A stretch of 64,000 nucleotides of DNA, from the NCBI GenBank assembly GCA_964016885.1, contig OZ024740.1, forward strand, positions 131,750,001 through 131,814,000. The letters are read 5' to 3'. Every line of letters begins with the position of its first letter. Position 1 is the first letter of the stretch. Source of the stretch: Eledone cirrhosa (Eukaryota). The notes under the pieces were generated by a model, which did no database searches, was not told the origin of the DNA, and saw nothing but the letters and a program-made list of their open reading frames with translations. The position numbers and the translations under genes were made by a program. Positions 59,567 through 64,000 of the stretch are shown here, in pieces.

Positions 59567-59748
59567 TTATTTATTTATATATATATATATTTCTAACCGT
59601 TGGTCAATCAATGACAGACATTGATTGCCAGATAAATTAACTATAGAGTTATAAAATATACAGATGGGAGAACCAATCCAAACCTAACAGTGATTGTGAT
59701 TTATCACTTTTTGTGGCAACATTATAAGAATAGAACTCTCTCCAAATA

Positions 59749-59784
<36 letters not shown>

Positions 59785-59785
<1 letters not shown>

Positions 59786-61236
59786 CAGCGATGAATTTGC
59801 TTTGCGAGGTTCTTGATATGAAATCATGTGTCGAAACAAATATTTTTATACTTGGGGAGGGACATATTGTTGTGATACGATTGCCAGAAATAATAAAAGA
59901 ACACACTCACTGTTTGGTTGGTTTTCTTTTACGCTTCTGCAGCTTTTTTATCTCCACAGTTAATTCATTCGGCCATCAATGTTTATCATTGACTGACCTA
60001 CGGTTAGAAATACATATATAAATATATATATATATAGTCTAACAAAGTTCTTTCATTGCACTTCTGCAACTTCGTCAGTGGTAATATTATCATATTTCCC
60101 CCTACTGTATTGTATTTTAATGTTTACGATATTATTATTTATCTACTTATTTATTTATATATTTTTGTATCCGTCTCTGCGCACGCGTTTGCGTGTATTT
60201 ATAGTGTTTGGTGTGTGTGTTCGCGTTTGGGTGTATGTGTTTTGTTTTTTTATTCTATCTTTCTTTATTAGTGTGTGTTTATATGTGTTTCTTGTTATTG
60301 TACTTGTGTATATATTTATTTATTTATTTATTTATATTTCTCTTAAGTCGGTATTGTTTTTTTGGGTATGGTTGTTGTTGTTATTCCATTCATTTGTCTG
60401 TTTAGCTTTGGATTTCTAAGCTCTATTTCCCTCGCTTCTCTTTGCCTACCTGTTGGGTCATTTCTATGTTTAGATTTTCTTTTAATTTCTATGTTGTCAA
60501 TGTTACCGTCTCTTTGTTGACTAGCGTGTTCGTATAGAACTGAATCGGTTTTTTTTTATTCTGTCCTTTTAATTGAGTGTTGGTCTATTCTTTCACCTAT
60601 GCTTAGAGCTGTCTCACCTATGACGTCGTTAATATATTTCTACAAGTACCCTCTGTGCATCTTACGCTATAGACTACATTTATAGTTTTACAGTTTATCG
60701 GGTGGGTGTATACTGTACATGTAACACATTTCTTATTAGTACAATGGGTTTTCTTAAAGGGCTATGTTTTGCTGATCAGGGATGTTATGGTAGTTACTGG
60801 TTTTTCTACTACTTTAATCTTTAAGTGGGTCTTTCTCACACACACAAACACACACGAAACACTATACACACACGCAAACGCATGGGCAGAGACGGAGACA
60901 AAAGTAAATAAATAAATAAATAGATAAATAGATAAAATTAAAACGGCGTAGACATTACAATACAATACAATACAGTAGGGGGCAACATGATAATAGTACC
61001 ACCGATGATGTTGCAGATGCGCAAGGAAATAACTTTGTTAGACTATATATATATATATTTCTATCTATATGTTTAACCGTTGGTCAGCCAATGATAAACA
61101 TCGATGCCCGAATGAATTAACTGTGCAGATATAAAAGATGTAGTGGCGAAAATGAAAACCAACCAAACAGTGAGTGTTCTGTTACTATTTCAGGCAATAG
61201 TATTACAACAATATGACCCTCACCAAGTATAACAAT
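59785..61236. mobile_element. fold-back PLE derivative with endonuclease remnant (family of 29995-31040)
   Basis: Inverted arms about 59842-60220 and 60845-61236. Minus-strand GIY-YIG remnant at 60420-60835. HHR CUGACGA-A-GUUGCA(GAAG)UGCAAU-GAAAG at 60039-60084 (-). Confidence 0.85.
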
Positions 61237-62099
61237 ATATATATATATATATATATAAGCATATACATACATATATATATATATATTGTTTTATATGGAT
61301 AGGGTTTTTTTTATTCTGTCCTTTTAATTGAGTGTTGGTCTATTCTTTCACCTATGCTTAGAGCTGTCTCACCTATGACGTCGTTAATATATTTCTACAA
61401 GTACCCTCTGTGCATCTTATAATATTGACAGACAGGAACGAGAGGGACAATATACATATACAAATATATATTGTCCCTCTAGTTACTGTCTGTCACTATC
61501 AGCATCATTATGCCCCGGCACACAACACTGGGAATACTCCCTTTCAGCTCTGGCAGTTGTAGTAGAGCGTTCCGTGGACGAAATTGGAGAACACATCTGT
61601 CATATTTACGTATGACCCGTGGGACACACCATTCAATCCCTGTGATTTGTTTCTGGATAGGGCATCCGGGATCTCGGCTGAAGTTATCGTTCTTTGTTTG
61701 CGCTCAACACCGCCTAGAGAGACACATTATGGACTGAAAACAGCCACAGTCACCACTCCACCTCTTTCACCTAACAATCGAGCCAATTGCTGGCTAAAAG
61801 ACCACCCTCATCTGCCTTTAATCTGTCGGCACGTATTCGTCTAGGTCCATCAATGACCGAATTTTGATTTTATTACTACCTTGTGCCTTCACCACACATT
61901 TTCTTTCCCTCATTTTTGAGATCACGCACTTTAGCTCTGACAGTGTGACCTTTGTGATTTGCATGAAATAAATGGTCTAATTCCCTATCGCCGCTATCAC
62001 GTTAATTGGTATGCAACTTCTTATTGCCTCGTCTAATTTACACTCCGTTCTTTTTTTTCTTCTACCTATTTATTTACAAAAATGTTGACACTCCCCTAA

Positions 62100-62201
<102 letters not shown>

Positions 62202-62469
62202 CAGCACCACACCACCTGTTGTTGACGAACACCCTGTAAACTTACACTTAACTAGATAAGTGACGCGGTATCTGAAGGCTTTCGCACCAGGAATGAAGTG
62301 TTACCAGTAACAGAAGTTACCAGTAACCAGGTCCTAACATATGAGTTCTATCTTTGTCAAGCATACAGATCACACATTTGCTATCTGAATATGTGAATGT
62401 TTGAAATGTGGAAAATGATAAAAACAATATCAATAGACCTTATAAAAAAAAACCCTTTCCATATAATAT

Positions 62470-63040
62470 CTTGATGATTCCATGTTCTTGATGTAGGTCA
62501 ACATTGGCGCATTTTATGAAATCCAGTCGAAACTGTCAGCCTGTCGGATTTGGCTGATCAGTTTCTTGAGTATTTTGCGCATATCAGCTACTGATACCCA
62601 ATCCTAGCCAGCGTCTAAGATGCCGTTCCAGTTCCTCGTTAACAGTTAAGGGCGGGACGCACCTAGGAAGACTTCCAGGCCCTTCAAGATATGCGGCCGG
62701 CCGCCCGCAGTTGAGGCGTACATGGGCACATTTCTAAAGGCATCACCTTTGATATTGCTCAAGACCGTATCATTAACTTAAGGTCCGGGTCGAGGAATAT
62801 TGCCCGAACCTTAAGATCCTGGCTTTTCTTAAACAACACTGTACCCACTTCCCATTTTCATGACTAAGAGATGTGAAAAGCTAATAGTAATCGAAATTTG
62901 GGGCAAGAGCGCGCGTGTTTGGTATCCTAGTCTCGCTGATGGTAGTTACCTCCATATCTAATGAACTGAGGTCATCAGCAAACAACCATGCTTCCAGGAT
63001 GACCCATGGTCACGGATATATAGACAACTTGCTCTTATAT
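62470..63040 (-). mobile_element. possible ancient CR1/L2-type LINE RT remnant
   Basis: Minus strand AWLFADDL near 62965-62990 and a KDL...D.DL-like stretch downstream. Otherwise very decayed. Confidence 0.35.
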
Positions 63041-64000
63041 TCAGCATATTGACTGGTTGATCAAAATAGAAAACAAAATAGTGGATGGCTAATTATCCCC
63101 CGTTATCTGTTGGAAATAGCGTGGTTCGATCTCGATATTTGGTGGGTATTCATTCATAAATCTTTTCAAAAGCCTGCTTGTGGCTTTTACATTCGGGGTT
63201 GCCAAGTTTTGCAGGACACTTTCCCTATCGATTTAGTATGATGGAGGTGCCATTCACACCATCATCAGTGACTGTGGCACTAATGATAATGGCAATAATC
63301 ACCCCGCCTCTCTCAATTTCCTCAATTTGTGCTATAAGGGCCATCATTTCTTGGTTATTACAAGGTTTGGTGTTTGTGTTCTTCTTTGTTCAGATTATGT
63401 GAGTTTTGGTTCCGGTGGTTTTCTAGTGGGGGTGATGTTGTACCTGTGATTGAATCTGTGTTTGTTGTGTTTATGGTGCCTCCGTTTTCTGATATTAGTG
63501 TGTGGTGTTTCTTTTTTTTTGCTGTGTCTGCGCTTCTATTTTAGGTCGTTGTGGTAGTCCCTAGTCTTCATTACCTGAAAACCAGTTTCTGAGTCTGATA
63601 CGGGTGAATGTGTGTCTGATTTTGTTTGGGCTTTATGTGTCTATTTGTTTCGCGAGTTTTGATTGAGTAGGTGAACTTTCCTCGACTTCTACTTGGGCTG
63701 ATTCTGTATCTGGTTGTGGTTCTTGCTGATGATGGTGTTGCTTTTTTCTACAGTTGCTGCTGCCAGTGCTGGTGTCGTTGCTTGTGTGGTAATTTGTACA
63801 AGCACTGATTTCGGCAGTAACAGATATTTGCAGCATCCTGGCATCCATCGCTCCCATTATTTCTGTCTGTGGTAACCTTTAAATTGACGCAGGTATTTTT
63901 TCTCTGGTAATGATTTTCTTTGCCTAGGCCAAACATTCTTATTTTCAGTGAGATCAAATATGTATACATTTTGAACGTATGGATGCAAAATTATTCTTGT

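Noticed and set aside
63180-64000. Possible N-terminal PLE region on the minus strand
   Set aside because: Composition and a faint NLNKEE / GGVII resemblance only. Too decayed to support.

Overview
AT-rich, repeat-dominated eukaryotic DNA. The SINE types and microsatellite load suggest a mollusc, probably an octopod cephalopod (inference, no database check). Almost all of the supplied ORFs are translations of (TA)n/(CA)n/(CT)n microsatellites. The real content is a dense set of Penelope-like retroelements (PLEs: RT plus GIY-YIG endonuclease, all decayed) inserted into microsatellites. There are more than 20 fold-back (inverted-pLTR) PLE derivatives, several tRNA-derived SINEs, a few LINE fragments and at most a few candidate host exons. 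The main unannotated signal is RNA-level. By eye I find about 40 intact or decayed type I hammerhead ribozyme (HHR) motifs on both strands, from roughly 15 sequence families. These include two HHR-bearing tandem repeats (about 315-nt and 428-nt units, retrozyme-like) and a recurrent U3-A8 core variant in five unrelated families. All structures were folded by hand and none is tested. Coordinates of element ends are approximate (about 10-20 nt).
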